A DNA stretch of 58,570 nt, counting the filler, from Perkinsus olseni (lineage: Eukaryota), in NCBI GenBank assembly GCA_013115125.1. It is 2 parts of 2 records of this genome, joined end to end, with 100 filler letters (N's around TTAATTAATTAA, not from the genome) between each part and the next. Parts side by side here need not be neighbours in the genome. Positions count along the whole stretch, not along the records: positions 1 to 29,261 come from JABANN010000433.1; 1 more part is not named here. One strand, written 5' to 3'. Shown one piece after another: positions 1 to 13,862 of this stretch (its first letter is position 1; every line of letters starts with the position of its first letter). The position numbers and the translations under genes are program-made. Under the pieces are notes generated by a model. It was not told the DNA's origin. It searched no databases and saw only the letters and a list, made by a program, of their open reading frames with translations.

Positions 1-3000
1 CACTATGTCCAACATCATGGCATATACAAGCTACGAGGAATGCTGTATGATCTAACGCGTTGACAGGTACTCCTGCTGCACGAAGGAGATACTCCCCGTG
101 CGAAGTGACCTAAAACAACAGCGGAAGAAGGTCTGACAGCGATAAGAAATATCGACTGTACCTGGGCTGCATGCATTTGGTTATGATACTCAACCTCGGT
201 GTATGTTCCCGATACTCTACTAAGGAAGTTGTTGAGGATATCCTCTTGTATTCTGAGAGCTCCCGCAGCCAGCACGGATATCAACTGATGACGAAAAAAT
301 CCGAGTTGTTACTACTTTTACATAGTAATTCACCTGAGTGGCTATCAATGGTAAGATAGGTAAATCGGGCAAGTGGATTTCCTGCAACTCGATGAGGTTC
401 AAGTTGAAGTCTTGACCAGCTGTCTGACCATGATCAATAGTTGCATCCACGATAATAATAATAAGGGAGACTATGAGCTACGGCGGCCCACCTGGAGCAT
501 ATCAGAGGCCTTTGCAGTGATATCTTCCAGACGGGTAGATGTAGCACGTAATGAGACTAGAGAACAGAAGAAAAGGATCGAGGAATGACCTGTACCGACC
601 AGAGGTGTCGATAGCACCCACTTTTAGCGCCGGTCATCAATGTCCATTCCTTTTCAAGCTGATCATTATCCGCTTTTGTCGATGGCTGGTTTAGGACCTA
701 TGTGATACGAGTTATGGTAGTGATGCTGGTAGCAGCACTGATCACTGCTGATACCGGTAGTACTTGATTTATATAGTTAATGAAATCGCGTCCCGATTCA
801 TCACGTGTTACAGTGTTATCATCGAATACCTAAGGATTTCAACACACTGTGTCACTGCAGGCCATTGCATCAATCACTACTACTTACCACTCTATCGATA
901 GAAGTCCTCCTAGATAGTATCTTAAACGATTCTCTGATGAGCTTGGTAGCCTGAGTACACGAGTATGACCGAATAAACTGAACTGACTGAGTTAGCCAAA
1001 CTCTATCGTAATGATAATGCAGGGCCCGCAGGGCATGCCCCCATTAATGTACAAGTTTCCGTTTACCGGCATTTATGGTTCAAGGCGAAATGAACACTGG
1101 TTTTTTGGATGATGCTGAATCGTACGGCGCCGTGTAACTCGCTCATTACACCAAGACCCTCCCGATTCTGGAACAGAAACTCTGGTCATTGAGCCGTCGG
1201 ATCGCTCGATTACGGATTCCTCGAAGCGTACCCCGCCCAGCTGCTGCAGCGTTACCAAGTCTCGTGCTGATGGAACTCCAGGATTCCACCGCGTTGAGCA
1301 ACTGTTGAGCGTGGACGAACGGCCCAAGACGAGGGGGCGTAGAGAAAGAAGTCTCCTACGCTCGAAATACCCCTCGCACAATGAATGGCGACGGCTACAA
1401 ATTTCCGAAACTTATGAACGAACACCGGGAAGTATCAACATCACCATACTAACCTCAATTATCTGATCGCTATCCCGTTCAGTATCGCTCGTGAAAGAAT
1501 GACGCCGTAGGATGCCGCTAGCTTTGCTACTGCCGAGTCTACGGGTAGATCCTACTCCGGTGTCCCTCTGTAAACCTAGGTCTGAGAGTACAAGTAGCCG
1601 GAGGCAAGCATGAACGAGTAGATTTCTGCCTTACTGAATGTTTCTAGAAGGTTTAGTGCAGAGCCAATGTCAGCGAATGCCTTCTCGAAATTGGTAGTTG
1701 GACCATCATTAGCGTTCCTCAATGTATCCACGGCGACTTCAAGAAGCTGAGAATACAAGCAAGTGATGGAGCAACAAGTGTATTATACACACTTTCGTCC
1801 GACGCACAGAGATGTTGAAGGCCACGAACTGCTGTCGTATACTCCTCTCTAAGTGGACTTTGCCTACGGAAGTAGAGCGATGACGACCGGGAAGAGGGGC
1901 GCAGAGCCTTTAGTACCGGACACGACCATCGATACAAGTACGATGAGCATGATGGATTGAGTGAGGGGATTGTCGGTGTCAGGTAATCCGAGGATAAAGC
2001 CAGTAGCACTATACCTAAGAACACCAAGCCTCGAGAGGGAAATAACAGAATGGTGTTATCATTTATTACGATAGGCAGACACTAATAGCCAATGATATTG
2101 ACAAGCGTACTCGAGTTGGAGTCCATACACAGAAGTACCTGTTGTTACAACAGTAGTGGTGGTGAAAGCTGGAGCACAGACTTACGTGACGATGCCATTC
2201 AATATTAGTAGAAGATCAGCATCACTTGAGTATGGAAGGGCACCATCATCCAATCCATTGCCAAAAGGCTAAGTGATGGCGAGATACTGGATGATGAGGT
2301 AGCAGTTAGACCAACTCACCTCAATAGGATCGTAACCGAATATCTTAGCACACCGCCATCTATTGCCAAACAGTACACCCACCCATATGCCAATGTTCAG
2401 CCATATTTGGCTAACAATCTGACAACTACAGATACCACAGAGAGCGGGGAGCAATACCAAATTCACCTCGAAATCCTGTCCACGTACAATACGAGTCGGT
2501 ATTATACTGACGGCGAAAATGGCAATACTAGATAATATCTGAGGAAAGAGGAGGTTGAAGGAGTATTACAATAGTCGGGCGATGCTGGTACATGATAGAT
2601 CCAAGATAAATTGAATAGAGTATTGGCCGCGGTATGCCATTGCGTTATGTATGGTGTAGAATCAAACCACTCAGAGAATGCAAGAGAATAGAGGGAGTAT
2701 CTGATAAAAAGACTATAAAAGAGAGCTGCCACTTAGAATGATGAGGGTTACGCAAAGAGAGCAGCAGCTACTGGTATGATCCGGGTCCTCATAGTCGGAC
2801 TGATGACCGTTTCAACGTATCTTAAAGAGATAACTCTAAGGAATAGCTAGTGTGGTAGAATTACTCAGCCTCAATATCATCATTATCGAATTCCATAGAC
2901 CATTTGGTAACTCTGACCTTCTCGAGCTCATCCTGCACAAGAGCGATGGCGGCAACAACAAAGGCCACGAAAATTCATACCACTTCTCGTTGAATCTCGT

Positions 3001-3223
3001 CGATATCCATATGTTCTCCCTCGAAGGTCTCAACTTGTAGAGAGCACATAGTGGCTTCGGTGCTAGTACGGCTAGTGGTAGTTACTCTTAATAAGTGAGA
3101 TAGGCCGCTGCTCCTTAGGGTCTGTGATGATGATGGTCTATAACGATGATTCCCTTGACTGGCAAGCGGAACAACCTTGGATGATGTCGAAACAATACCA
3201 GGTGCCACTGGAAAAAACGCCAT
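1..3223 (-). CDS. Multi-exon class I 3',5'-cyclic nucleotide phosphodiesterase with N-terminal transmembrane helices; 3' end runs off the window
   Basis: Exon ~160-250 encodes EYHNQMHAAQV (YHNxxHA metal-binding motif). Exon 1-58 encodes LDHTAFLVACICHDVGHS (HD motif). Exons at 1700-2750 are hydrophobic. The start at 3223 is inferred. Confidence 0.85.
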
Positions 3224-3445
3224 GCAACTGCCACAGGAGCACGGATGAAATTGGGCTCATTTCTGTGGCGCGCGCCAATTGCGGAGAAAGATTTGAAAAT
3301 TTGGAAGAAGTGAGCGGAGCGAAACGGAACTGTGCCTCCAGCGGCCGGGCCTGATAGTACCCTAATTTGGTGCTCGTTCTGAAGCAGCGGACGATCGTTA
3401 GTGAAGTTCGATGTCGTATCATGTATAGGATATTTCTTTATAATA

Positions 3446-6400
3446 ATGAAGCGGCATCAATCAGCATTGGGTGATGATGGCGAGTCTGTAATACGTGAGG
3501 ATGACGGTGATAGTATCCAAGGTAAGACCATGCTGCCGATGGCTACACTGGAGGATCTGATACGTGGATTCATGGGGAGGTAAGATGGTGTCTGGCAGCA
3601 CGATGGGATAGTCATCCCTACAGATCGGACAAAACAAGGATCATCACGAAGGGGGAGGACGAAGAGGGAGAAGGTCATGCTGATCACAAGATGAGATATG
3701 ATTGGGTAACCCCTCGGTGGGTACGGCCCTGTACTGCCGCTTCTCGTAATTCTACGAATCGTATGATCCGATGGTGTCTCCTGCAAGAGCTACGGTTGGG
3801 GTTCAGATGCTGGTATTAGCTCTATCGAATGGAGACGGCCATACTAAGCATGATGATGATAGACGATGCATCACCGAGAAGGATGCACTGGCACTGTACT
3901 CAGCACCACATCCGTTGAATTCAGCGATAATATGAACGTTACGAGGTACGCTAAGTGCTTCCGAGGTGAGGAGCTCCTCGAATTGGGGCAGTCTCGTCAG
4001 AAGGAGCAGCTAGAGGTTGAGAAGTCGGCCTTCGTACTACTACCATCACCTTGTCCCCATTCATCTGGCCGACCATCCTCAGTTGGAGGCCTTTAGAAAT
4101 CTCCCACCGGCGGTGGCATCTTCCCCTACTCCCTCTCATCATCACTGTGATGGTACTACCCATCGCGCTACGTGGGAAGAGACACTAACCTTATTCCGGA
4201 ATGTAGTAGCTGTTCTATCGTTAGGGCCTAGCCCATTCGCCCAGGTCATGATAACCAAGCTATACCTACACTGTGGTCTTGAGGTATCCTATGCTGGTGA
4301 TGTTGATAACGGTGATACAGCTATCCTGCTGGTAGTATTTGCATCACTAACTGGTCTGGCTCTGCTAGCCAGGTCAGCACTACGGTGAGGTCTCTGATGC
4401 GGGAGGCCGATAGAGGTGGTTTTCCGACGGAGCTTAGTAGGCGGTTGACTGACCCAGAGAGCCTAGCCCCCTGTAATCTATGGATCATGATTTTCATCGG
4501 CGTCGCTCGGTATTATCCTCTTCTGTACTCCTTAAGGTTGTCCTATTACCTTTACACCCTTGGCACGGTATTTTCTCCTTATACCAGATGTACCTGATGA
4601 AGAGGTCCTGCAGGCCTTCACTGAGGTCAGTGGTGGGCAACAGCATGAAGGATAGTGATTTGAATATTCCCAGGTTGTGAAGACATTTGATAGCTCAACA
4701 CCAGAATTACAACATCGTTATAGCGCTGAGGTTGCCCTTTACCGGTCTATTCATACATTAGCGATGGCTAAGTTACAACAACAGCAGCATGCTACTCAAA
4801 GTGGGCGAAGCAGCTGTATACATACGGAAGGAGGGCAGACTGGTGATGACGATCATAGTACTAGTGATATTGGGTGGTATGAATACAATTTTGGGAAGGC
4901 GTATTCATCAAGGGGTATAACTCCTGCCGTTGTTAAAGAGTACTACATTAGGTAATAGTAATCAATATGCTTATGTATTGATGGTGATTATAGATATCTG
5001 CATCTAAGGGCGATGCATGGCCTATCACTGCATCCTAGGGATACCCTCAGGATTGTTAATGATGAGTTTGGTACCGACACCAGGACGCAATACCACCTTC
5101 GTAGGGGTTGCCGTATTCACCAAAGCAACGTGAGAGACTGTGGCCTGCACTGAGGAGATATACGGGAGCACACCCTTGTGCAGGAAGGGGGGCACTTCGG
5201 AGGAGGAGCTATGCCCATACTAGTCAATCTGTGGAGTGCCATTGGTCTACGATCCCCTCTACCAGCTTATCGTTCCTACGAAGCTGGCATGGTAGTGTAA
5301 CCAGACGCAAGCGTGCTCGAAGAGTCCGGGTAGTCAGGATCCTAAGGTCTGGCGGATGCATCCAGCCGTGGTCACAGAAGCGAGTATCCCGGACACCACC
5401 ACCGATCCTGGTATTGCTGCTTCCTGCTGTAGGCGAAGTACTCGGTACCACGTAGATACTACTGAAGAACTGGAAATGCTGCACTGTCCATGGGAATCTG
5501 TTCAAAGACTCAAACTAGTGGATAATATGATACGTCAACAACTAGATATAGATAATCTATCAGCTTCTGGTATTTTGATAGCAACAAAAACTACACACTC
5601 CCGGGGGCGGCAGCACTCGCCCTCTAGGTATATTGACCGATATGTTCCCTTTTGATGACCGAGCGAAGCTCTTTAAAGGTCACACAGAAAGTGAGTCGTC
5701 GTTGTTACCTCCCAACACATCCACCTTAGCATCCCCTCCATCTGACCTTGCTGCCTGCTGGGCCATTCCAGACCACATACACTCTGTTATAGCGAAGATA
5801 CGGTACGACGTCTCGAAATGAGGGTCCTGGTGTCATTCATCCTCGTCAGGTTATTCTTCATTGGCAAAGGTAATCCTAGTATCGAGGCTATCAGGGACTA
5901 CTACGGCGAGAAGGTGGCATTATACTTCGCCTTTCTGTAGTAGTGGTAGTCCCAGTATCGTCATTATGATGACATATAACAGGTACACTCTTTGCTGGTG
6001 GCTATTGCCTCCAGCGGGTATTGGTATAATATGCTTCCTAGTGCAACAAGTGTACTGGCGGCCTACTGACCCAGCTACTGAACCATTACGGATCGTCATG
6101 GACTCCCTGTATGCATTGATGATAGCAGTAAGGATACATAGCCACTACTGTTTTCCCTCCCCTATCATCACAACAGGTATGGGCTACAGTTTTCCTTGAG
6201 GCCTGGAAAAGACGTCAAACATGGTTCACATTTCGATGGGGGCAACGGGTAGAGGCTGTGAAGGAACCCAATCGTCCTCATTTTAAAGGTAGTCCTAACT
6301 GTAATAATTACCGAGATAGTATAATGATAATATTAGGTATGCTTCGTCGCAGCCCGATCGACTATCACGATGATGATATCTACTTTGATAGCAGGGTAGA

Positions 6401-8480
6401 TACCAACACTGCCTCTCTCGTACCTCAGGAGCATCTTCTACATCATGCTCAGATACGACTCATGAGGCAGACCTTGTCCTTCAGTGTCCTGGCCCTGATA
6501 GCTTCCCTTATGATAACACTGACAGGGTTCATAGCCTCCTGGCGATCACATTGGGTGTCAGTAAGACCAGACCAAGGTTCCTTGGCCAGCTTTATCACCG
6601 GCGCTACAACCAGTAAGAGGCCTGCTTCTGGTGGTAACATCACCGCCCAAGCATCACATCATCCAGGCCTACAGATGGCGCTCTTCAGCCGCATTGGAAC
6701 TTACCTAGCACGACAGTTCAATGAATGGGAGAACTATCGTAATAATAAGAATAGCAAACATGAGACGATAACTGGCATAGTGTATCCTTGTAGAGACCAA
6801 AAGAACCTTCAATAATCATCTCATATACAAGACCTTCGTATTCGAATTCGTCAACAGGTTTAACGTGTACTACCAACCGAAGCTATCCAGCACAACAGAG
6901 CTGGTATATAGGTACTTCTACATAGCCTTTGTTAAGGCATCTATCGAGGGCTGTGTTGAGAAGGTCGAACTGCCTGGAGGAGGATCCGAGCTCATCAGTG
7001 TACAGTGGAGGTGGCGAGGCGGGAGTGGTGATATATGATCAGGTGGATGCTGACTCGACTGATAGGAACTGTCTGCATGAGCTATCCAGTCAGCTGCAAA
7101 CGATACTTCTCATTGAGATAGCTAAGAACATTATAGAACTAGCAAAGCCAATGATAATGTAGTACACTCTGTCCATGTCTACACCATGGGAATGAATGAC
7201 CTCCAGGCATAAGATAGCTAGCTACAAACGAGAGCGGGAGTACGCTGAAGATAAAGCTTCGGGGGAATGTGAGAATCGTAGCCAACCCCCTTCCGTAGTG
7301 GGGAGGCTGTTTGAGTAGGTGGTGGCGGTGGAGTAGATGATATCATGATGGTCAACCCGGACACTGGGTGAGGTCTGATTGACTGAGCGTGAGGCAGGGT
7401 CCTCTCCTTCAGGCAGGCTACTATTTCCGTGTTCGTGCAGGAGGCCTTGGATAAGCCATCCTATGGTACACTAGAAATCGATGGTATGATGACCAGACGA
7501 GCATATCCTTTGTATGAGGGTCTTCAGGTACATTCAGTGACTACAGTGAGATGGTCACACTGTACGGTTACATGACTCTATTCTCACTGGCCTTCCCTTT
7601 GGCGCCTGTAGTGTTGTCACATCTCATACCATGCGCTTGAGTACCCTCATCAGTTCATTGGTGTAGCCCTAGCAGCACTCGAGACGAGAGTAGATGGATT
7701 CAAGATGTTCCATCTCGTACGCCGGCCAATGCCCACTAATGCACCAAATATCGGATCATGGTAGTAGTGATGACAGGAGGGGCTACTTGTTGTTGTCATG
7801 ATGGTGATACACTGTAAGGTATGATATACTACAGTTGATGGCATGGATAGCTGTATTTACTAATGCTGGACTGCTAGTATGGACCTTCAGAGTGTTCGAT
7901 ACAGCCACCCGCTACTCCCACCTATTCTATTTTGTATTTATACATCACCATGCTGCTGCTGTCGTGCTGTCGCGCTGTATTAGGTTATCATTTCCCTCAT
8001 TATGATTGCCTTCAAAATAGTGTTGGCTATGCTGGTGAGGAAGTCTATCACCATCCAACCTCATTTTCCTCGCCTCCACTACCGTCGTGATCACCATCAG
8101 GTACCAGACGTACCCTATGCAGTGAAGCTAGCCGATAAGCATAACGCCTTCATAGCTCAGAGGGTTTATATATCAGATGGAGATGTCATATACGGGGCAG
8201 CTATCATACACGCTTTATCATGGCGAGTAGGTACCTCGGATACCACGCTCAGTGGATGAGCTAGACTATGCCACCCCTAAGGGAGGCATCAATAACCATA
8301 CTACAACCACCAGCACTGCCTACCGTGATCCATCTGATTTTGGCTGTACCGTCGCCACTATTGCCAAGTGCTGAAGCAATCAAGAGGTATGGTATGCTTC
8401 ATTCTCGCTGTCTTAGGCGCTACTTACACTGTCAAGGACTCTCGAGACCATCCCCCCGAAATGCTGCCTCCACCGCATAA
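3446..8480 (+). CDS. Anoctamin/TMEM16-family Ca2+-activated scramblase/channel, multi-exon
   Basis: Exon translations: DYYGEKVALYFAFL (~5895), WATVFLEAWKRRQ (~6180), FNEWENYR, KTFVFEFVN, FSDYSEMVTLYGYMTLFSLAFPLAP (~7530), ETRVDGFKM..RRPMP..IGSW, WIAVFTNAGL. Confidence 0.92.
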
Positions 8481-8618
8481 TCATCAGCATGACATCATCG
8501 TCCCATGTTCTCACGCTCGTTGAGCTGTTTTCCTATCATCAGCCTATTAGGATTGTGTTGCTCACCGTCGGCTACCCGTCCTCCTTGTTTACTTCTCAGT
8601 GAGGATTTTTCACCCTCA

Positions 8619-10300
8619 ATGTCATCCTCCGCTGCGGCTGTAGAGGGGGGGCGCGGTAGGCGGCTGCTTTTACGAGAGCCCTCAGACTGGCGTGTACTCC
8701 TATGGGTATGGCTATACTTCCAAGTAACCTACTATAGCTGGGTGTGGCATCCATCCTTGGATGATACTACTAGTGCCACAAGAACACTACTCTGGGTGAG
8801 TCACCCCAAAGCCTGGTGTTACTCGCTCATATCATCATATTTCATCAGATATGTATAGCCTTCCTTCTATGCTGCTACTTCTCCTTCGCTGGTGCTACCA
8901 TAACCCATAACACTATGCACTGCAAGGTGATCATGAATGCATCCCCGTGGTCATCATGGTTGGAATGCCAGGTATTTTTCAACGACACTCTGAATAGGAT
9001 ATTCCAGTGCATACTAAGCCTCACCTACGGCCATCCTGTTAGTGAGTCTATCGCCCTTTGCATGCTCCTCTTCTGTATCGCTCTAGGTACCTTCGTGCCG
9101 GGCCATAATCTATCTCATCACCGATATACCCAGTTACGCATGGACCCCATGAGAACATCGAAGCTACGGTAGTATTCTGATAGTTAATAGTAGAGTTCTG
9201 AGGTCCTCCTTAGGTACTCGTGGAACTTCCTCAACGGTCTCCTTTTCCAACCTACAGTAGCCGGGGATGTCCTCAAGGCTGACGTCAGGTCCGACTGCCC
9301 TCGCCTTGCTGCTGCTGGACAACACCTCGTTGCAGGTATATACTAGTCCAACGTGACAATGGTCGACAGTACTATGTCAACGCCTTGCGGGAAGCATCCA
9401 CGGTTATTAGTGTATCAATAGCGCTGGCGATCATTGATTGGAGGAAGTTCCTTCTCTACTTTTATGTAAGGTCTGTAGATAATAGACCCTAATGTCAGCG
9501 GCCAGGCCTTAGATACCTCACTTCTTTGCACAGTGGGCTATAGTCGGTATGAATATGCTGCAGCACGATGGCTGTGATGTGGTAGTATTATTATCACTAT
9601 CGTCAGACATCGGGATATCGTAATTATCCCTGGGTTCATGGTAGGGTACTCCCTCAGGTGGATTACCATGAGCAAAGGAAGAACTATAACGGATCTCGTA
9701 ACTTCGTAGGGTCCTGGCTCAACTACCTTACCTTTAACAATGGATACCACTCTATACATCACCTGTGATACTCCTGCTGCTGCATATCGGAGATGATCCT
9801 TGGATCAGGTACCCGAAGATGCACTGGTCCAGACTGCCTACTGAACATGATAAACAGATAAAGCCGCACATACACCCACAACTAGATCAGCAAAGTCATA
9901 CCACAATTCTCTTGTTTCTCCCTCGTACCTTGGTATACCGCTGCTGATATTGTAGATATTGCTACCTACATCTTGGATGCTTTTGTCTATCCTGGCATTC
10001 GAATGAGATATGATGGCCGACCTGTCGAGATAGACGGTAACTAGTCGTGAACAGCATGCGGCGGGTAAGTAGTCGACCAGCCCAGGTACTAAGCAGGATG
10101 AACCGGACGAAGATTGGGTTGTACAATACTACCCTAAGGGGAAGTCCTTTGAAGACTACAACGTTACCAAGATGGATGTACTATCACGATCATCACTGCT
10201 ACCACCTGAATCACGTCCTGTATCGAATTATTGATGTAGATACTGATGGCAATACTGAAGCTCCTCCCATTCAAGGTATTCTGCCCTACCTACTCTGCAG
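8619..10300 (+). CDS. Membrane fatty acid desaturase family protein; 3' end uncertain
   Basis: Three histidine boxes across exons: HNTMH (~8906), HNLSHH (~9104) and NNGYHTLHHL followed by YPKMHWSRLP (~9737-9840). Hydrophobic segments lie between them. Confidence 0.85.
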
Positions 10301-10875
10301 TCACCAAGGTTGATTGATAGACTACTCACTATAAACAGGGGTCAAGCCATACCTACGCAGCCATTCCTGCGTCTGACGCAGGGAAGGCGTGCCGGCCTTC
10401 CTCAAACCTCGGCAATAACTACCATTACCAATGGTAGTTACTTCGACCCTTTACAACTTTGCCGTCATTCGGTATCGTTATAATATACCATTCCAAGGTG
10501 AAGAATGTTAAGCAGATGAATTCCTATAATCATGTTGTGTATCACTAACGTACTCGAACGACGACTTGAGTTCACCATCAGCAAAACCACCATCGTCCCT
10601 TTGACGGGCCAGATGGTGTAATACCTGGTATTCCTCATGGCTCGAGCATGTCCCCTCTTCTCTATCACTCAGTACATTACCGCAGGCGTAGATCGGGGAC
10701 TAGTGGGATAGTTATCTCACTACTGAACGCGTAGATTGTTGTCACCCACTTGTGCCTCTTCGACGACGAGCTATCGTTCCTCTTCTTCTGCGAAACCAAG
10801 TGGCTCAGTCCAGTAGCTAGACGTTCATCGGTCTTTTCGTATTATCATTATTGTAGTACACACTTCCGTTAAAGA

Positions 10876-12500
10876 ATGACAATCGATTTTCAAGGGCTGC
10901 TCAAGCAGGCTAGGGCTGATAGACAGCGAGAGAAGGAAGGTAAGATGATAATACCAAAGAGGATATCACCACAGCTTGTGTGGAACCTCATCATGCGTTC
11001 GCGAGGCTATGAACGCAGCAACAACAACAACAACAACATGAACGAGAATAATAATAGGAATAGTGATGGTAATACAGGTCTATCCTACGCAATTGGCTAC
11101 TACACTAGGGTACGCCTCCCCGATGTTTAACAGATACCACCAAGGCCTCCAATATCAATTATGATAATACTGGATCTTCCCCATCGGAGAAGACCATGCC
11201 CGTAGTGTTATGGGATACTCGAAGTGCACAGGAGTTCAACAAGTCCCACATAGCCGGTTTCAATAACGTTACTAGTGCGCAGGAAGCTGAGATGTTCATG
11301 TCACCTAAACAGGAGTATGGGCTTATGGACCCGAGGATGCAGTATGAGAAACTCCTTATTCTTGTTCTCACTGACCATAACCCCACCACCATCAACAGTA
11401 GTAACATGCCGGAAGCAGTCGAATTCGCATCCCATCAACTCCGAGCTGTGGGTAAGATGTATCTAGCGAGAGGAGGGTATTCAGAGTTCCGAGCGCTTTT
11501 TCCCATACTTGCTGTCGGTACGGATGAGGAATCCTCTAAGCCATACGCTTACGGTCTGTATCCGGTCTGGTGTGGCGATGGCATACTTTCTGGTAGTATA
11601 CTGGATGGCTCTAATAAAGCTCTATTGAAGGCTATGGGGGTATCTTGGATGTTAGATCTAACCCCAAACGGAATAGAAGATGCTAATGTGGTTTATGATC
11701 TTCATATGCCTACCTTTGATTTAGACATGGCAGCTGAGTTCATCAATCTCCACACCGGCAGGATTGGTATGGTTTGTGGTGGTGAGGATTCTGATAGGTT
11801 GATGGCCGTCTTAGCGGCCAACATGCAAGCTAAGGGATCTACTGTGCAGGAAGCAGTGGCTAGGATGATGACTAAGATGGAGGGCATATGGTCTGGTCCA
11901 TCATCTACACAATGGCAGCTATTGGAGGACTTCTATGAGCGTGTGGCCTCGCAAAGACGATCTCGATCATCCTCCCTATCATCCACGTCCCTTGAACGAA
12001 GGAACTCCATGCAAGAGATGATCGTCATGCTACTTCCACAAGTGCAGTTTAGCCCTCCCTCGGATAACGTCAAGTTGATCGTGGACCCAACGGAAGTTGC
12101 CGATATATCAGAGCTCATCGCACGTGCTGGGCCTAGGCTTAGTGTAGAAGATGCGGCAGCTATTCTAAAGGCCTGGAGGAATCTAGATATCAACCACTTC
12201 GAGAGGCTGATTGACGTGTTGAAGCCCTGTACTACACCCGAGGCCTCCCAGCGATATGTTCTGGCAGCTCTCTCTTTATTCGCATTGAGGGAATACGACC
12301 ATGGACGCGCTATAGTCATATCTGACCACACACGGGCTGTGCTAAGAGTATTGGCTGGGTATTGGTTTGAGGAGTCGCCTTCTGAGTTTGAACAGGGACG
12401 AGTACAAGTCCCGTTACATACTGACCAGCTACCTGCTACTGTCACTGATTGCATACGCCCGGCCGCTATAATCTTGGGAGCGCTACCGGAAGAGGAGTAG
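10876..12500 (+). CDS. Rhodanese (Cdc25-homology) + dual-specificity-phosphatase-like protein, MKP/STYXL1-like architecture
   Basis: VLWDTRSAQEFNKSHIAG and LARGGYSEFRALFP match rhodanese/CH2 motifs. LSGS..ALLKAMGVSWMLDLT and AAEFIN...VCGGEDSDR..VLAANM match the DSP fold. Main exon 11196-12500; first exon inferred. Confidence 0.7.
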
Positions 12501-12740
12501 GGAGGAGGGCCGCGTCGATGGAGCTGATATCAGTGCGGTGGTGGTCGTCATTATTTGTCTCAAACTGCTCATCCCTTCTGACTCCGAATATCGGTTTCAT
12601 TCCATATACTAGCAAATCATACGCTTCTACTATCGTACTAACCGTTTGTTTGATTACTCGTCTACCTTGTGTTAACAGTTGCAGCAGGAGCATAGTGGAT
12701 ACTGGACTCGATACAGATAGATCACTCACTCCGCGTTATC

Positions 12741-13603
12741 ATGGATACACTCTCACCAGCCACCCCGATAGCAGCAGCGGGAGCATCGATGATCACCAAG
12801 TGCCTTCTGTATCCCGCAGACACTCTCAAATGTCGAGTACAGGCCGGTGTGGCTCATCGCAGCGCCGTGACAGTGTCCACTCTCTATCGTGGACTGCTGC
12901 CGAAGTTGGTGCTCTACGTACCCTACCAATCTCTATACATGACATCATATCAGTTCTATCGGAGGACCTTTGCTGAATCAGTTGTGGCAGAGAAGCACCC
13001 ACTGTTGACGACTGGTGCTGCTGGGGCCTTAGCCGAGATGACTGGTGCATGCATTCGACTTCCAATGGAAGTGATGAAACAGAGAATGCAGACTGGTCGG
13101 TATGCAAATCTAAGAGAGGCACTGCGGTCGACCGTGAAGTAGTTGGGAGCCGGATGCTCCTTGCGTATGTTCTACCGTCTGTGTTCAGGTCGCCCCTACG
13201 GTTCATAAATGGTCGGATATTCGTCGCACAGACTATCCTGCACGATATACCATTTGGCATCATCCAATGGACGGCGTTCGAGACTACCTCTACTCAAGTG
13301 GAGAGGAAGAGGACCGCAATCACCGCTGGGCCGTGGAGCCATCTCGTCGATGGCACCCTATCGGGATCGATTGCGGCATTGCTCACGAATCCTATGGATG
13401 TTGTTAAGACGAGAGTCGTCACATCACCACACAGTGAGGGTACACCAGCCATCAAGAATGTTGTACGTTCAGTCCACGCGGAGAGTGGTTTCCGAGGCTT
13501 CTTCAGAGGTTCCTTATTGAGATTACTACACGTTGCCCCTAGTAATGGTGTTTATCTCGCTTTGTTCAGCTTTCTCAATTCAACCCTCGCTAACATTGAC
13601 TAG
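12741..13603 (+). CDS. Mitochondrial carrier family (SLC25) protein, SAM-carrier-like, one intron near 13135-13188
   Basis: Three Px[DE]xxKxR signatures: PADTLKCR, PMEVMKQR, PMDVVKTR. Also HDIPFGIIQW and GFRGFFRG. Confidence 0.93.
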
Positions 13604-13862
13604 CCGTTGTCAATATATTCCTATTGGACTATGTTCCTCTATCTATTTCCCGCCATCCAATGCATCATTGATTACTGTATACGTAACTACCGCTATGCGA
13701 TCATTTCCCTCCAACGAATTCCGGTTTTTTGTTTTGTGAGTCTTTAGGGCCTCTACCTGTGGTCATGCCAATAATTGTTTGTGCCTCCTGTGACCACCTC
13801 CTGGTACTCCCAAGCATACTAACACGACAGGATTTTCCCCGAGACATTGGTATGATGCAAGG

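Noticed and set aside
10330-10830. Possible small minus-strand gene between the desaturase and the DSP-like gene
   Set aside because: Splice-like signals are present, but I could not build a consistent ORF or recognise a motif.
13049-13188. Overlapping ORFs in the carrier gene suggesting a programmed frameshift
   Set aside because: Explained by an ordinary ~50-nt GT-AG intron ending ttcag near 13188.
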